Translations under genes and position numbers: made by a program
Assembly (NCBI GenBank): GCA_964016885.1
Contig: OZ024765.1
Location: forward strand, 13,950,001 to 14,014,000
Reading direction: 5' to 3'
DNA: 64,000 bases
From: Eledone cirrhosa
Taxonomy: Eukaryota
In this document: piece after piece, positions 23,371 through 36,121 of the stretch
Layout: every line of letters begins with the position of its first letter
Position numbering within the stretch: position 1 is the first letter of the stretch
The notes under the pieces: model-generated
What the model was told of the DNA's origin: nothing
The model's database searches: none
What the model saw: the letters and a program-made list of their open reading frames with translations, nothing else

Positions 23371-25208
23371 TTATTTATTTATATATATATATATATATGG
23401 TGGCTGCCAACTCGTTTTCTAGTACGGCCACTACTTTATATCCATGTAGGAGAACCCCTACCGATGCGCTGAACGAGTGTGGCTTTTTAGTCCAGCCAGC
23501 GACTTGAAAACTCTGGTACAAACACTACACTTGTGACAATTATTGACACATAATGCTGGGCCCATGGTACCATGTGACGACAAGTGCAGAGAGATCTCCA
23601 GATATAAAGCAATGCCTGTGCCGTGAAGCTTTTATAGTGAGCAAAGGCAATGCACAAAGCCAGTCCCACTCTCTTAACCAAGATGATATTTACCAAAAAG
23701 AAGAACAAGTCAACATCATTGGATACCATCAGGGTTGCAGGTGTTATAACAGAGTTTTCCTTCTCCTAGAATTCTGCCTTGACAAAGGCTAAGGGGTCAT
23801 CTCTCCCGGAGATATATATATATATATATATATATATTTACTATATAGTTATAGTAAAGGCTTAACTGAACAGGGAAGTGTGAACCAAATAATGATCTCT
23901 CTGTTGTGAAGGAAGCGCTCAAAAGGAAGCGCTCAATGACCTGTATCAAGGTGCAAGCTGAAGCATAATATATCAATAAAAAAAAATCCAAGGAAGCCAT
24001 ATTAATTTGATAATGGGTTTTAAACCCAGAATTATTTGAAATAATTAAATTTTCTAAGGTAAAATTCTATCGTTTTCTTAGCACCTTTAATCTTCTATGC
24101 ATTGTATGGCTTTTAAACTTATTCAAATTTATATCATCATCATTATCATCATCACCTTTTTATGTCGGTGTCTCCATGCTAGCATGGGTTAGACGAGTTG
24201 TCCTGTTGTGGGCAATGCCAGGTCAGGTGACCTCGTCTTGCTCATACGGGAATTGATTTGGGCCTGATTTCTACAGCTGGATGCCCTTCCTAACACTAAC
24301 CTCATTTATGGTGAGTACTGGGTGATTTTTTTTTACCATGCAACCAACATAACCATTTTACAGTGTGGACTGGGTACTTTTTGTCATGACACCTACATGA
24401 CCACTTTGCAGTGGGATGGGGTGGGCTTATACTTGTACCCATGGGAAGTAGGGTCTTCTGTATTACTGTGTGACGCCAGAGGTCTCGGTCCTGTGTCATC
24501 ACTTTTGAGAGGTGCAATTGGGCAAGGTCAGCTCTTAGCACCTCGTCCCAGGTCTTCTTGGGTCTGTAATATTTATACATAATATAAAAAAAGAGTTGTT
24601 TGTTTGTTTTTTGGTTGGTTGGTTCCTTCACGCTAACTCACACAAGTGACACAAACATGCAAACGCACAGTGAATATGTGTAGCCAAATCGCAACACATA
24701 TACACACACAGTTCTAACGAATCTCAGAATGCTGGACACACACACACACAAACACACACATAATCATAACAACCAATGTGTGTAGCCAATTTGCTATACA
24801 TATAGACGCACACAGATGTAGCAAATATTGGACACTACCAGCCCCTCCTTTCTCAGTTTGTCATCACCCCTTCCTTCCTCAGTCATCTCTTGTGACGGAC
24901 AAATACACAAGCGTATGGTGGATTGGCCGGTAGAGAGTTAGACACCATGCTTGGCGGCATAGAGTTATGGCCCTTTACATTCCGAGTTCAAATCCCACTG
25001 AAGTTAACTTTGCCTTACGGGGTCGATAAAATAAAGTACCAGTAATGTACTGGGATAATTGCTGGCCTTGTGCCAAAAGTAGAAACAATTATATATTACG
25101 ATATTTTTATTACTTTTCTTTGTTTTAATTGTTTTTATTGATAATATTTTGAATGTTTAAAATTGTATTCAAGTCTTTTAAAAAATAAATTTTAATGTCT
25201 TCTTTTAG

Positions 25209-25355
25209 TTGCAGGTCAATACCCGCCTAATGGATGTATATATGGCAACCGGTTCTATAATGTAGGACAAAAGTTCCGCGACGAATGTTCCCAGTGTATT
25301 TGTCAATTACACGGCAATGTTAAATGTGATAGAACCTGCCGCTTTCAAACAACTA
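25209..25355 (+). CDS. Secreted Cys-rich peptide gene A, exon 2 (VAGQYPPNGCIYGNRFYNVGQKFRDECSQCICQLHGNVKCDRTCRFQTT), VWC-N-half/pacifastin-like 6-Cys module
   Basis: Polypyrimidine acceptor tcttcttttag|. The 147-nt symmetric phase 1-1 exon is in frame with exon 1, with donor A|gtaatt. Pattern C-x16-C-x2-C-x-C-x3-G-x3-C-x3-C with the G..Y..G..F signature of VWC N-terminal halves. An in-frame alternative acceptor 6 nt downstream is possible. Confidence 0.85.
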
Positions 25356-25499
25356 GTAATTTCATTTTTCATATATTTTATATGTCATTGTCATTGCTTT
25401 TCATCCTTATTATTGTTTTTACCTCTGTTTTTCTACACTTGCATGGGTTGGACGAGTCCTTCTCAAAACATTATCTCTCCACTCTCTGCGTTTCTTCAT

Positions 25500-26045
25500 A
25501 ATAATAATAATGAAATGATTGTGTACAGTGCTCAACTGCATTACAACTCATCAAAGGTGCATCTATAGTACATAGAATAATGTACAAATGTCAGGGAAGT
25601 GAATAGTGTGTGAGTCATGATATACATGTGTACATGTGTAAGGAGGGGGAATATTAGGTGTAGCGTTGGCGAATCTCAGGAAGCATGGAGGTGTTAAAGG
25701 ATGCAGTGTCTCGACAGCTAACAACTGATGCAGGTAGTTTGTTCCATGGAGGTGTTAAAGGATGCAGTGTCTCGACAGCTAACAACTGATGCAGGTAGTT
25801 TGTTCCATGCTTCAGCAACTCTGAGTTTGAAAAAATGTTTCCGAAAGTCATGGGATCTGTGCTGTTTTCTGACTTTGTTGGGCATGCCAACGTGTGTTAG
25901 ACACATGGAAATCAAAAAGGTACTTAGGGTTGTTGTTGGCAAGATGGTTTATAATGTTGTGGTTGTTTACCAAGTCAGTTGACAGACATCGAAGCTTCAA
26001 TGTATCCATGCCCAGAGAAGCAATGTGTTCAGAGTATGTGGGTCT
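25500..26045 (-). mobile_element. CR1-type LINE 3' fragment with internal 61-bp tandem repeat (2 units in A, 7 units in B at 44347-44774)
   Basis: KVRKQHRSHDFRKHFFKLRVAEAWNKLPASVVS, characteristic CR1 C-terminus. Confidence 0.75.
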
Positions 26046-26993
26046 CAGCGATTTGAGGTCACCTCTCTCCAACTGTGCCCCGGTCTTTCTCCCTCTACTT
26101 CAACTCTGGCTTCCTTCCACTGGCATTTCCAGTTACTTCTTCATCCAGGGCATCACATGTCCATACCAACTCAATCTTCTTTCCTAACCATGACATTGGA
26201 TTCCTCTTGACCCCAGCATCTCCCTCAACTTGCCCAAGCTCTGCCTTTCTCTCACATTTACATTGCACATCCAACAAAGCATGGCTGCTTCATTTTTTCC
26301 ATTCTATACATGTCTTCTACAGTCACTGCCCATCCCGCCGAGGTTAACTTTGCCTTTCATCCTTACGGGGTCGATAAAATAAAGTACCAGTAATACACTG
26401 AGTAATTGCTGGCCTTGTGCCTAATGTAGAAACAATTATTAATGAAATCCCGCCGAGGTTGACTTTGCCTTTCATCCTTATGGGGTCGATAAAATAAAAT
26501 ACCACTAATGCACTGGGTAATTGCTGGCCTTGTGCCTACAGTAGAAACAATTATTATGCCGATATATCATAAAGTAGGTAGTGATGGCAAGGCATCCAGC
26601 CATAAAGATCTTGCCAAACAAAGGGTTGGGAGGACTCTTTAGTTATCTTAAGGACATGGCAGCCTCCCGAGTGCTGTTGATCTACACAATAAAAGCACCC
26701 AGTACATTCTGTAAAGTGGTTGGTGTTAGGAAGAGTATCCAGCCATAGAAAGCTTGACAAACAAGGGGTTAGGAGGATCCTTCAGTTTGTGTCAAAAGAC
26801 ACAACAAATTCTCCTCTATTTTCGATAATGACCTGTCTGTATATATCTCGTTTGGCGATGATCTGGGATTTGACATCTGTGATTTGCTGATTAATGGCGA
26901 AATATATTTCTTTAATGAAATATAAATTTTAATGTGTTTCCTATGAGTGTTTACACTCTTTACAAATTATCCCCTGTGATTGTTTGATGTGTT

Positions 26994-27053
<60 letters not shown>

Positions 27054-27449
27054 ATGTGTGTGTGTGTGTGTCAGTCAATTTTCAATTTAATGCTAATAAA
27101 TGCTCAGATTTATCCCTTAGAATCTTTGATCTTATTCTACAGGTGGTATGGCGCATGTTTCTCAGACATGCCATCCCTAATTTAGTTTTGGTTATATATA
27201 TCAAAAGTATATATTGAGTAAGGAACTCAGAATAGTCCCTTACAATTAAAATAGCTCAAAGAAAACATTTTCTGAGCCTTATAATATAATTTAATATAAT
27301 AAAGAAAGATAAACACATATATATGTGTTTAAATCATAAGGGACCTAAATCGCTAGGGTGAATCAGATTCTATGAACAATACGGTTTGCCAGACTCAATT
27401 AAAAGAATAAATTAAGAAATAGTACAAACCGAATCATGATAACTATCAA

Positions 27450-27527
27450 ACATCCAGACAGTCTTTGGTAAAACTGTTTCGCAACAAGTGAAGGGATTTA
27501 CCAATCTGATTGCTCTTCAGTGGATGT
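27450..27527 (-). ncRNA. Canonical-core type I hammerhead ribozyme with stable stem III
   Basis: Minus strand: acatcca-CTGAAGA-gcaat...gttgc-GAAACAGTTTT acc AAAGACTGTC-tggatgt. Perfect 7-bp stem I, G10.1-C11.1, about 8-bp stem III, GUC cleavage triplet. Confidence 0.8.
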
Positions 27528-28594
27528 ACAAATTAGTAAACCTTCCACTTCTAGGCTGCTTAGAAGATTAAATGAGGTGCGTGTTTAACAGAGAAAAACG
27601 CATATGGCATTCAGTGCCTAGCGATTTAGGTCCCTTGTGATTTGAAAACATTTATGTATATATCTGTGTTTATCTCTCTTTATTGCATTACTTGGCAGTA
27701 TCGGTAGAGGGTCGGACGTCATGCTTTGACGCATAGAGTTACGGCCCTTTCCATTCTGAGTTCAAATCCCGCCGAGGTCAACATTGCCTTTCATCCTTAC
27801 AGGGTCGATAAAATAAAGTACCAGTAATGTACTGAGTAATTTGCTGGCATTGTGCTAAAAGTAGAAACAATTATATATATATAAATATGAAAAGCGGACG
27901 TAAAATGATGATATATATATTTATATATATATATATATATAAACAATGAGTTATATGGTATTTTGATTATTCAACAAAATTAATTTTACAACGGATTAGA
28001 AGCACTCAACAGTTTTTCTCTGGAGTATCATTAATATTAACAATATTAATAAATGGAAAATATCTTTACAAAATATGGTTTTGTAAAGATATTTTCCATT
28101 TATTAATATTGTTATCATCATCATCATCGTTTAGCATCTATCTTCCACGCTAGCATCAGTTAGACGGGAATTGTCCCACTGGAGGCAAGATTGGTCAGGT
28201 GACCGTGTCTCGCTCATATAGGACTATCTGGCAGGTTTTCTACGGTTGGATGCCCTTCCTATCACCAACCACATTTACAGTGTGGACTGGTAGCTTTTTA
28301 GCGTGTTACCTACATGGCGATATTACAGTGTGGACTGTTGTGTCATCGACACAGTGGACGCAATGGGCAAGGGAGGGTGGGGTAGAGTATGGTGGTGGGG
28401 TGTACATTGAATTAAGAGGTGCCTACTGACTGTTGGCTTGGATGCAATGGTAGTCGGGGCTTCTGTACAACTGCATGGTGCCAAAGGTCTTGATCCAGTG
28501 TCATAATATATATATAATATATAGTCATAATAATAAATGTGAAGACTAGAAAGCAGCGATTCTTTGCTTAAACTTTAATCTGTTATTTTAATAA

Positions 28595-28647
<53 letters not shown>

Positions 28648-28947
28648 CGAAAGTGTGGGGGGGGGGAGAAAGGGAGAGAGTAAACAAAGAAAAATTAAGA
28701 ACAAATCAATTATTAAGATTCTAGACTTCATTTGCTTACTGAGTTGGGTGGAGATCATGAAATCAGATCAAAGAAACAATGCTTTACATGTTTTTCTCTT
28801 GTCTTTAAATGTAGACTGCTTTAATATGGATGGTAGATATAAACTTGGATACAAGTTTACCTTTAGCAATGCCAAGTGTTACTGCTCCATCCATAGGCTA
28901 CTTGTTTGCAAGTATAGAATGAGTAAGTTTATTTATTGATCTATTCC

Positions 28948-29445
28948 TTCTTCTTCTTCTTCTTCTTCTTCTTCTTCTTCTTTGCCTTCTTCTTCTTCTT
29001 CTTCTTCTTCTTCTTCTTCTTCTTCTTCTTCTTCTTCTTCTTCTTCTACTTCTTCTTCTTCTTCTTTGCCTTCTTCTTCTTCTTCTTCTTCTTCTTCTTC
29101 TTCTTCTTCTTCTTCTTCTTCTTCTTCTTCTTCTTCTTTGCCTTCTTCTTCTTCTTCTTCTTCTTCTTCTTCTTCTTCTTCTTTGCCTTCTTCTTCTTCT
29201 TCTTCTTCTTCTACTTCTTCTTCTTCTTCTTTGCCTTCTTCTTCTTCTTCTTCTTCTTCTTCTTCTTCTTCTTCTACTTCTTCTTCTTCTTCTTTGCCTT
29301 CTTCTTCTTCTTCTTCTTCTTCTTCTTCTTCTTCTTCTTCTTCTTCTTCTTCTTCTTTGCCTTCTTCTTCTTCTTCTTCTTCTTCTTCTTCTTCTTCTTC
29401 TTCTTCTTCTTCTTCTTCTTCTTCTTCTTCTTCTTTGCCTTCTTT
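28948..29445. repeat. (TTC)n array with recurring TTTGCC/TAC interruptions (about 180 bp in B, 48067-48240)
   Basis: Seen directly. Other (TTC)n tracts at 19666-19770 and 38061-38172. Confidence 0.95.
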
Positions 29446-29451
29446 TTATTC

Positions 29452-30645
29452 TTGACTGTTGTAAAGAGTTGAATGAGATGTTTGGGTCATGTGATGAGGG
29501 AAGTTGAAAGGGTCTGTGTGAGAGGAATAAAGCCAGTGATGACTGTTGTAAAGAGTTGAATGAGATGTTTGGATCATGTGATGAGGGAAGTTGAAAGGGT
29601 CTGTGTGAGAGGAATAAAGCCAGTGATGACTGTTGTAAAGAGTTGAATGAGATGTTTGGGTCATGTGATGAGGGAAGTTGAAAGGGTCTGTGTGAGAGGA
29701 ATAAAGCCAGTGATGACTGTTGTAAAGAGTTGAATGAGATGTTTGGGTCATGTAATGAGGGAAGTTGAAAGGGTCTGTGTGTGAGGAATAAAGCCAGTGA
29801 TGACTGTTGTAAAGAGTTGAATGAGATGTTTGGGTCATGTGATGAGGAAAGTTAAAAGGGTCTGTGTGAGAGGAATAAAGCCAGTGATGACTGTTGTAAA
29901 GAGTTGAATGAGATGTTTGGGTCATGTGATGAGGGAAGTTGAAAGGGTCTGTGTGTGAGGAATAAAGCCAGTGATGACTGTTGTAAAGAGTTGAATGAGA
30001 TGTTTGGGTCATGTGATGAGGAAAGTTGAAAGGGTCTGTGTGTGAGGAATAAAGCCAGTGATGACTGTTGTAAAGAGTTGAATGAGATGTTTGGGTCATG
30101 TGATGAGGAAAGTTGAAAGGGTCTGTGTGTGAGGAATAAAGCCAGTGATGACTGTTGTAGAGAGTTGAATGAGATGTTTGAGTCATGTGATGAGGGAAGT
30201 TGAAAGGGTCTGTGTGTGAGGAATAAAGCCAGTGATGACTGTTGTAAAGAGTTGAATGAGATGTTTGGGTCATGTGATGAGGGAAGTTGAAAGGGTCTGT
30301 GTGTGAGGAATAAAGCCAGTGATGACCTTTGTAAAGAGTTGAATGAGATGTTTGGGTCATGTGATGAGGGAAGTTGAAAGGGTCTGTGTGAGAGGAATAA
30401 AGCCAGTGATGACCTTTGTAAAGAGTTGAATGAGATGTTTGGGTCATGTGATGAGGAAAGTTGAAAGGGTCTGTGTGAGAGGAATAAAGCCAGTGATGAC
30501 TGTTGTAAAGAGTTGAATGAGATGTTTGGGTCATGTGATGAGGAAAGTTGAAAGGGTCTGTGTGAGAGGAATAAAGCCAGTGATGACTGTTGTAAAGGGA
30601 AATTGAATGAGATGTTTGGGTCATGTGTTGAGGGAAGTTGAAATT
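29452..30645. repeat. 87-bp minisatellite, about 13.7 units (about 5.7 units in B, 48248-48745)
   Basis: Unit gactgttgtaaagagttgaatgagatgtttgggtcatgtgatgagggaagttgaaagggtctgtgtgagaggaataaagccagtgat. Confidence 0.95.
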
Positions 30646-30972
30646 TTCGTTTTTTGTTAAAATCAAATATATCATATATACTATATTTTCTTTGACGGCA
30701 GGGTGTTCTGTAGGCATAGAGGCACCCCAAGGAAAGCACTGCCATTGTATCAACCGTAGGCAGCTTCAGTGCTCCTATTTTGCCAGTAAGTATGGTTGTT
30801 AATCAACGCCTTCTTCTTCATCATCATTATCGTCATTTTCATTGTTGGCATTGTTGTCTTCTTCTTCTTCTTCTTCTTCTTCTTCTTCTTCTTCTTCTTC
30901 TTCTCCTCCTCCTCCTCCTCCTCCTCCTCCTCCTCCTTCTCCTCCCTCTCCTCCTCCTCCATCATTATCATT

Positions 30973-31012
<40 letters not shown>

Positions 31013-31249
31013 CTACCATCATCATCCTCATCATGATTATCATCATTACCATCACCACTAGCATGGAAAATGGCATTAGGAAGGGCATCTAGCCATAGAA
31101 ACCAAACCAGAAACAGTTCTGTATGAACAAGACATGGTCACCTGATCTGACTTGTCTCACAATGTGAAAACTCGTCTAACCCATGCTAGCGTGGAAAAAT
31201 GGACGTTAAATAGTGAAGATGATGATGATGATGATGCACGCATGTACAT

Positions 31250-31410
31250 ACAGTGAAATTCTGTTATAATGAAATTTTACAGGGTATAAAAAAAATTTGT
31301 TGTAATGAAAAATCTTTTATAACGATATTGACCTAACACATCGAGTGTGTGGCCGGGGATTGTAAAAATTTGTTATACTGAAAAATTTGTTATAACGGAA
31401 TTTTACATAT
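31250..31410. mobile_element. Tc1/pogo-type MITE (related copies 49338-49512 and 62229-62421)
   Basis: ta-cagtgaaattctgttataa ... ttataacggaattttaca imperfect TIRs with TA flanks. Confidence 0.55.
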
Positions 31411-32102
31411 TATCTTTTGTAATGTATTGGAGTAATTGCTGGCCTTGTGCTAAAAGTAGAAACAATTATATATAAACTGCATTAGGAAAAAATTAGTGAC
31501 GGAAATATATGAATGTTTATTTAAGCGATCGCTAACCGGAAGTGTTGACATTTGAAAATTTTAAAGAAGTGAATCTTTAAATAAACAATAAAATATATTT
31601 AATCAACAGCTACGAAATTTAGTAGATAAATTATGTAATATTCATTCATTATTTATTCAAAGTGATCCAACTTATTTTACGAAGAGGATAAAAAATTATA
31701 AACCGTACACAGTCCCGCACTCCTTACTTTATTATAGTTTAGATTTCCCGTATTGTTTAAAAGATGAAATACTATTCTAGTTATGTAGATATTTTACATT
31801 TCATGTATAAACATGTGCAAGATTTAGAAATTGGCTAAATCTTTTGTGTCTATCAAATGGGAAAATTCATCTAATCCATGCTAACGTGGAAAAATTGACA
31901 TTCACTCTTTAGCATTTACATTACTCTATATTTACTATTGTATTTTCATGGTAAAGGCTTTATCTTACATAATTATCTCACATAATGTCGAAGTTATAAC
32001 ATTTATTGATATTATTTATTTTAACACAAGTTTGAGCGGCCAGTTATGGTGATTTTGTACAGAAAGAGGTGGGAGAATTCTGGCCAGATATGGCTGGTTT
32101 AA

Positions 32103-32291
32103 CCCTTTAGCATTTACATTACTGTATATATATACTGTTGTTTCTCACATACTTATCTCACATAGTATTGAATCTATGAGATTTTAATATTATTTATTTT
32201 GACAGAAGTATGAGTGACTGTTCATGGCCAGTTTGTACAGAAAGAGGTAACAGACTTCTGGCCGGATACAGCTGGTTTAAATGCTAAAGGG
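32103..32291. mobile_element. piggyBac-type MITE (copies 50200-50388, 61862-62082; partial ~4463, ~31906, 63850 onward)
   Basis: TTAA-ccctttagcattta ... taaatgctaaaggg-TTAA. TTAA target duplication and CCC/GGG termini. Confidence 0.8.
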
Positions 32292-32429
32292 TTAAATAAT
32301 GATGATGATGATGATGATGATAATGATATTCCCACTATAAACTACATTCTTATTTTATATATACCACCATCTAATGTTGATTTAAATCCTTCTCTTTTTT
32401 ATTTACTGCGAACTACCAACAATCACCAG

Positions 32430-32467
32430 GTTTAATCCAAAGACGTGCAGAATCACCGGAAAGCTAA
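32430..32467 (+). CDS. Probable terminal coding exon 3 of gene A (S-LIQRRAESPES-stop); total precursor 78 aa
   Basis: AG-free zone of about 135 nt with ctaat branch motif and pyrimidine tract before cag|. Phase 1 joins exon 2 in frame. AATAAA lies about 205 nt after the stop. The indel versus copy B is 12 nt and keeps the same stop. Confidence 0.55.
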
Positions 32468-32867
32468 AGATGTTGGTGAACACAAAAAGAAGGCTGACGA
32501 TGTTGATGACAAAATGGAGTCTAATGATGTTGATGATGACAAATTGAAGGACAATGATACTCCATTGTCAACATAAATATAATTTGGATGGTAAAAGAAA
32601 TTATTTTTGTTGGAAGAAATCAAAGAAAACCACAAAAATATATTTCCAATCAATTTATATACTGATGATAAATAAATAAAAATAGGTGTTCAATATTAAA
32701 TAATGAGTTTTTAAAATTATTTTGTTTTGTTTGGATATTTTCCTCCCGTCTGTGACAGTCCAGACTCTGAGGAAGGCATCTGAGGTGTCAGCGGTGACCA
32801 GCATACAAAGAAGGGGTCAGGCAAGTCCAAGCATTTAGACATCAAAAACGGAGCAGTGGTAAATCCT

Positions 32868-32935
<68 letters not shown>

Positions 32936-33013
32936 TATATATAAAAAATAAAAAATAGAATTGGCGATATTTGATTGAGGAGCTGCCTACGTCCGTTCAC
33001 TTAGACAGACCGC

Positions 33014-33061
<48 letters not shown>

Positions 33062-33424
33062 ATGGAGGCACATGGCTTAGTGGTTAGAGCATTGGCCTTG
33101 CAATCGAAAGGTTGTGAGTTCAATTCTCAGACCGGGTGATGTGTTGTTTCCTTGGGCAAGACACTTTATTTCACATTGCTCCAGTTTACTCAGCTGTAGA
33201 AATGAGATGATAGGGACTGGGGTCCATATCATTCCACTGCAAAGTGGTCGTGGAGGTGCCACGGCAAAAAAGCACCCAGCACTCACTGTAAATGAGGTTG
33301 GTGTTAGGAAGGGAATCCAGCTGTAGAAATCAAGCCAGCATCAGTTCCCGTCCCACCCTTGCAAGCAGGGAAGAAGCGGACGTAAAATGAAATGATGATG
33401 ATGATGATGATATATATATATATA

Positions 33425-34307
33425 TATGAAAAAGTGAGTCCTTCATCAGTGACCCTCCAACCGTCCTGGGCATTTCATCGCTTTAAGGGCCATATGCCTC
33501 GGGTTGGTGCGAACAACGGCTAAAAAAAGTCGTTGGGACACGTAAATAAAGGGGGACGCCAGAGTAACAACAAAAAAGTTTTAGCAACGGAAAGTGAGTA
33601 GAAATAGACAAGTCCCAGATCTCTATGAATATAAACTCTGTGAAATCGTGAACAAGAGACAAAAGACCATCAAACCTGGTTGAAATGTGAGCAAGGAAAG
33701 AATTTCGCCCAAGTTTGACGGGGGGGAAAAAAGAGAGAGAGAAAAAGGAGAGAAGAGGAAGAAGAAGAAGAAGAAGAAGAAGAAGAAGATAAAGGGGTCT
33801 GTTCTATGAATTCAGTAAACGTAAGTTTTGTGAAGTCGCAGACGAAAGAGAGAGAGAAAAAAATTCCATACCAGCTTGGTCAAGACCGCGCGAGAAAAGA
33901 ATTACACACAGGTCAAACTTGAAGGAGGAGGAGGAAAGAGGAGGAGGAGAGCTAGTGACAGAGAATGAGTGAGTGAAAGTTGAGGAGGAGGCTAACAGAG
34001 AGAGAGACTGCTAGAAAGGGTAAAGATACAAACGAAACACGAATGGCAGCATGGAAAAAATATATGTGTAAATATGATAATAATGGAGCTGCGGCGTTGC
34101 AAATGGGATACATATGAAAAAGTGAGTCCTTTATCAGTGACCCTCCAACCGTCCTAGGCATTTCATCGCTTTAAGGGCCATATGCCTCGGGTTGGTGCGA
34201 ACAACGGCTAAAAAAAGTCGTTGGGACACGTAAATAAAGGGGGACGCCAGAGTAACAACAAAAAAGTTTTAGCAACGGAAAGTGAGTAGAAATAGACAAG
34301 TCCCAGA

Positions 34308-34310
<3 letters not shown>
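33425..34310. mobile_element. (TA)n-bounded non-coding element with about 195-bp terminal direct repeats; related element 58830-59425
   Basis: 33425-33620 matches 34112-34310. 58895-59000 is a diverged match. A-only insertion. Confidence 0.6.
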
Positions 34311-34371
<61 letters not shown>

Positions 34372-34892
34372 TAAACAAATAATGAATAAAACAATGAAAC
34401 AGTTCCTTATATTAAACAAAAAAAGTTCATTATTTAACGATCGTTTCTAGGATATATATGTGTTAGAATTGGCATGCATATTCAACAGATCTATGTATAA
34501 AATTATACAAAATTATACAAACTATCAAGATTAAATAAATATATTTCATTATTTCTGAAGACGGCGTATATATGTGTTGGTATGTATATTTAATCTTGAT
34601 AGTTTGTATAATTTTGTATAATTTTATACATAGATCTGTTGAATATGCATGCCAATTCTAACACATATATATCCTAGAAACGATCGTTAAATAATGAACT
34701 TTTTTTGTTTAATATAAGGAACTGTTTCATTGTTTTATTCATTATTTGTTTAATATTTTATCTTGACTCTGTATACCGTTTATCTTTCACCGAAAGTGAT
34801 TTTTCATTACATCTCTTCTTTCCATGATATCCGGAATACATTGAGTTCTTCATACGGATTGGACACTACCGTAAACTCTTGGTAGATTTATC

Positions 34893-34950
<58 letters not shown>

Positions 34951-35110
34951 CAAAAGGGATATTTAATTTGTTGGTAATTCAACAAATATATATATTTATA
35001 ACTGAATCGAAGCACTCAACAAGTTTTCTGGAGACAACCTTAACGGTTGAAGTTCCGTTAAGGTTGTCTTTTTCCCGGGTATGTCAATATTTATTTAATA
35101 AACAAATCTG

Positions 35111-35176
35111 TATTATATCTGATGAAAGTGCACCATAATTTGCCTTGGTTGCCCTTGAAATATATATAATAAAATA
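35111..35176 (+). ncRNA. Minimal hammerhead motif with palindromic AUAUAUAU stem III
   Basis: tattatat-CTGATGA-aagtgcacca...tggttgccctt-GAAATATATATA-ataaaata. Confidence 0.6.
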
Positions 35177-35305
35177 ATTATGGTTTTATAAATATAGTTT
35201 CCATTTATTAATATATTGAATATTTACTCCACTCATTGTTGAGTGCTTTATAACAGTTATAAAATTTTAAAGCTTGTTGAATATCAACAAATTAAATATA
35301 ACCTC

Positions 35306-35341
<36 letters not shown>

Positions 35342-35482
35342 TAGTTCGCTCATCAGACAGAGGTTATAAACATATATGTATATATAAACAGAGACGTTAT
35401 AACACATATATATATATATTTATATATATATATATATGTTATAATGTCTCTGTTTATATATACATATATATGTTTATAACCT

Positions 35483-35550
35483 CTCCGTCTGATGAGCGAA
35501 CTAGACATATGTTAATATTGTCTAGCATCCTGAAACCTTTGGTAATGGAG
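35483..35550 (+). ncRNA. Minimal type I hammerhead ribozyme motif
   Basis: ctccgt-CTGATGA-gcgaa ctagaca...tgtctag catcct-GAAAC ctttg GTA-atggag. A partial inverted copy lies at 35338-35405. Confidence 0.6.
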
Positions 35551-35739
35551 TAGTTATATATTGTGTTGTTCACTTTCTAACTAAATATATATATATATAT
35601 ATATTTCGTTTCTGAATTTGTTTAGCAAGATTCTTTATCTGAAATCGTGTGTTGAAACCGATATTGTTATAATTTGGGAGAAACAAAATGGCGTAGGACA
35701 GAACAAAGGAGAGGCACAGAAACAAAGAAAGAAATCCCC

Positions 35740-35784
35740 AGTCACTGAAGAGGTCACAGAGTGTGTGACGAAAGAACTATGACT
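35740..35784 (+). ncRNA. Very compact (45 nt) hammerhead motif
   Basis: agtca-CTGAAGA-g gtcaca gagtg tgtgac-GAAAG aa CTA-tgact. Perfect stems I and II. Confidence 0.65.
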
Positions 35785-35905
35785 ATATATAAACAACTAT
35801 CTGGTTGTGGAACCAACCAACCAACCAGAAATTTATAAATTTGTAAATTTATAAATATATAATAAATTGAAGTGAAAGCAACTGGTGCGTGCCCTCCCAA
35901 AGTAT

Positions 35906-36007
<102 letters not shown>

Positions 36008-36063
36008 TATATATACATATATGATCTGAGGTCATATTCAGTTGGTTCAGGTTTATTTAAAAT

Positions 36064-36121
36064 CTGTTATATATATTTCACTGAGGACTATCAGTTAAGA
36101 TAGCCTGAGCTCTTCAGACAG
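36064..36121 (-). ncRNA. Minimal hammerhead motif with palindromic AUAUAUAU stem III
   Basis: Minus strand: ctgt-CTGAAGA-gctcaggctatc ttaact gatagtcctcagt-GAAATATATATA-acag. Confidence 0.7.

Larger units (their letters stand above)
13980..35035 (+). repeat. Segmental duplication unit A
   Basis: Colinear, near-identical match to 36155-51196 apart from indels (LINE 14775-18473, 27468-28180 and 33020-34948 are A-only; VNTR lengths differ). Confidence 0.9.

Noticed and set aside
25356-25502. Read-through of exon 2 into a hydrophobic, membrane-anchor-like tail
   Set aside because: Copy B has a 2-nt insertion there and the region contains repeat-derived sequence. An intron is more likely.
27143-27180. 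Alternative last exon SGMAHVSQTCHP-stop after ttattctacag
   Set aside because: It would add an unpaired seventh Cys and lies in a repeat-like hairpin region. Not excluded without transcripts, but less likely than 32430.
29446-30753. 435-aa His-rich repeat ORF (191 aa in B)
   Set aside because: Antisense reading of the 87-bp VNTR, with no clear start, signal or splice context. Copy number differs freely between units.
30750-31092. Poly-K/E/M/H/S ORFs (also 19605-19843, 28936-29472, 38000-38301, 48849-49179)
   Set aside because: Translations of compound trinucleotide microsatellites.
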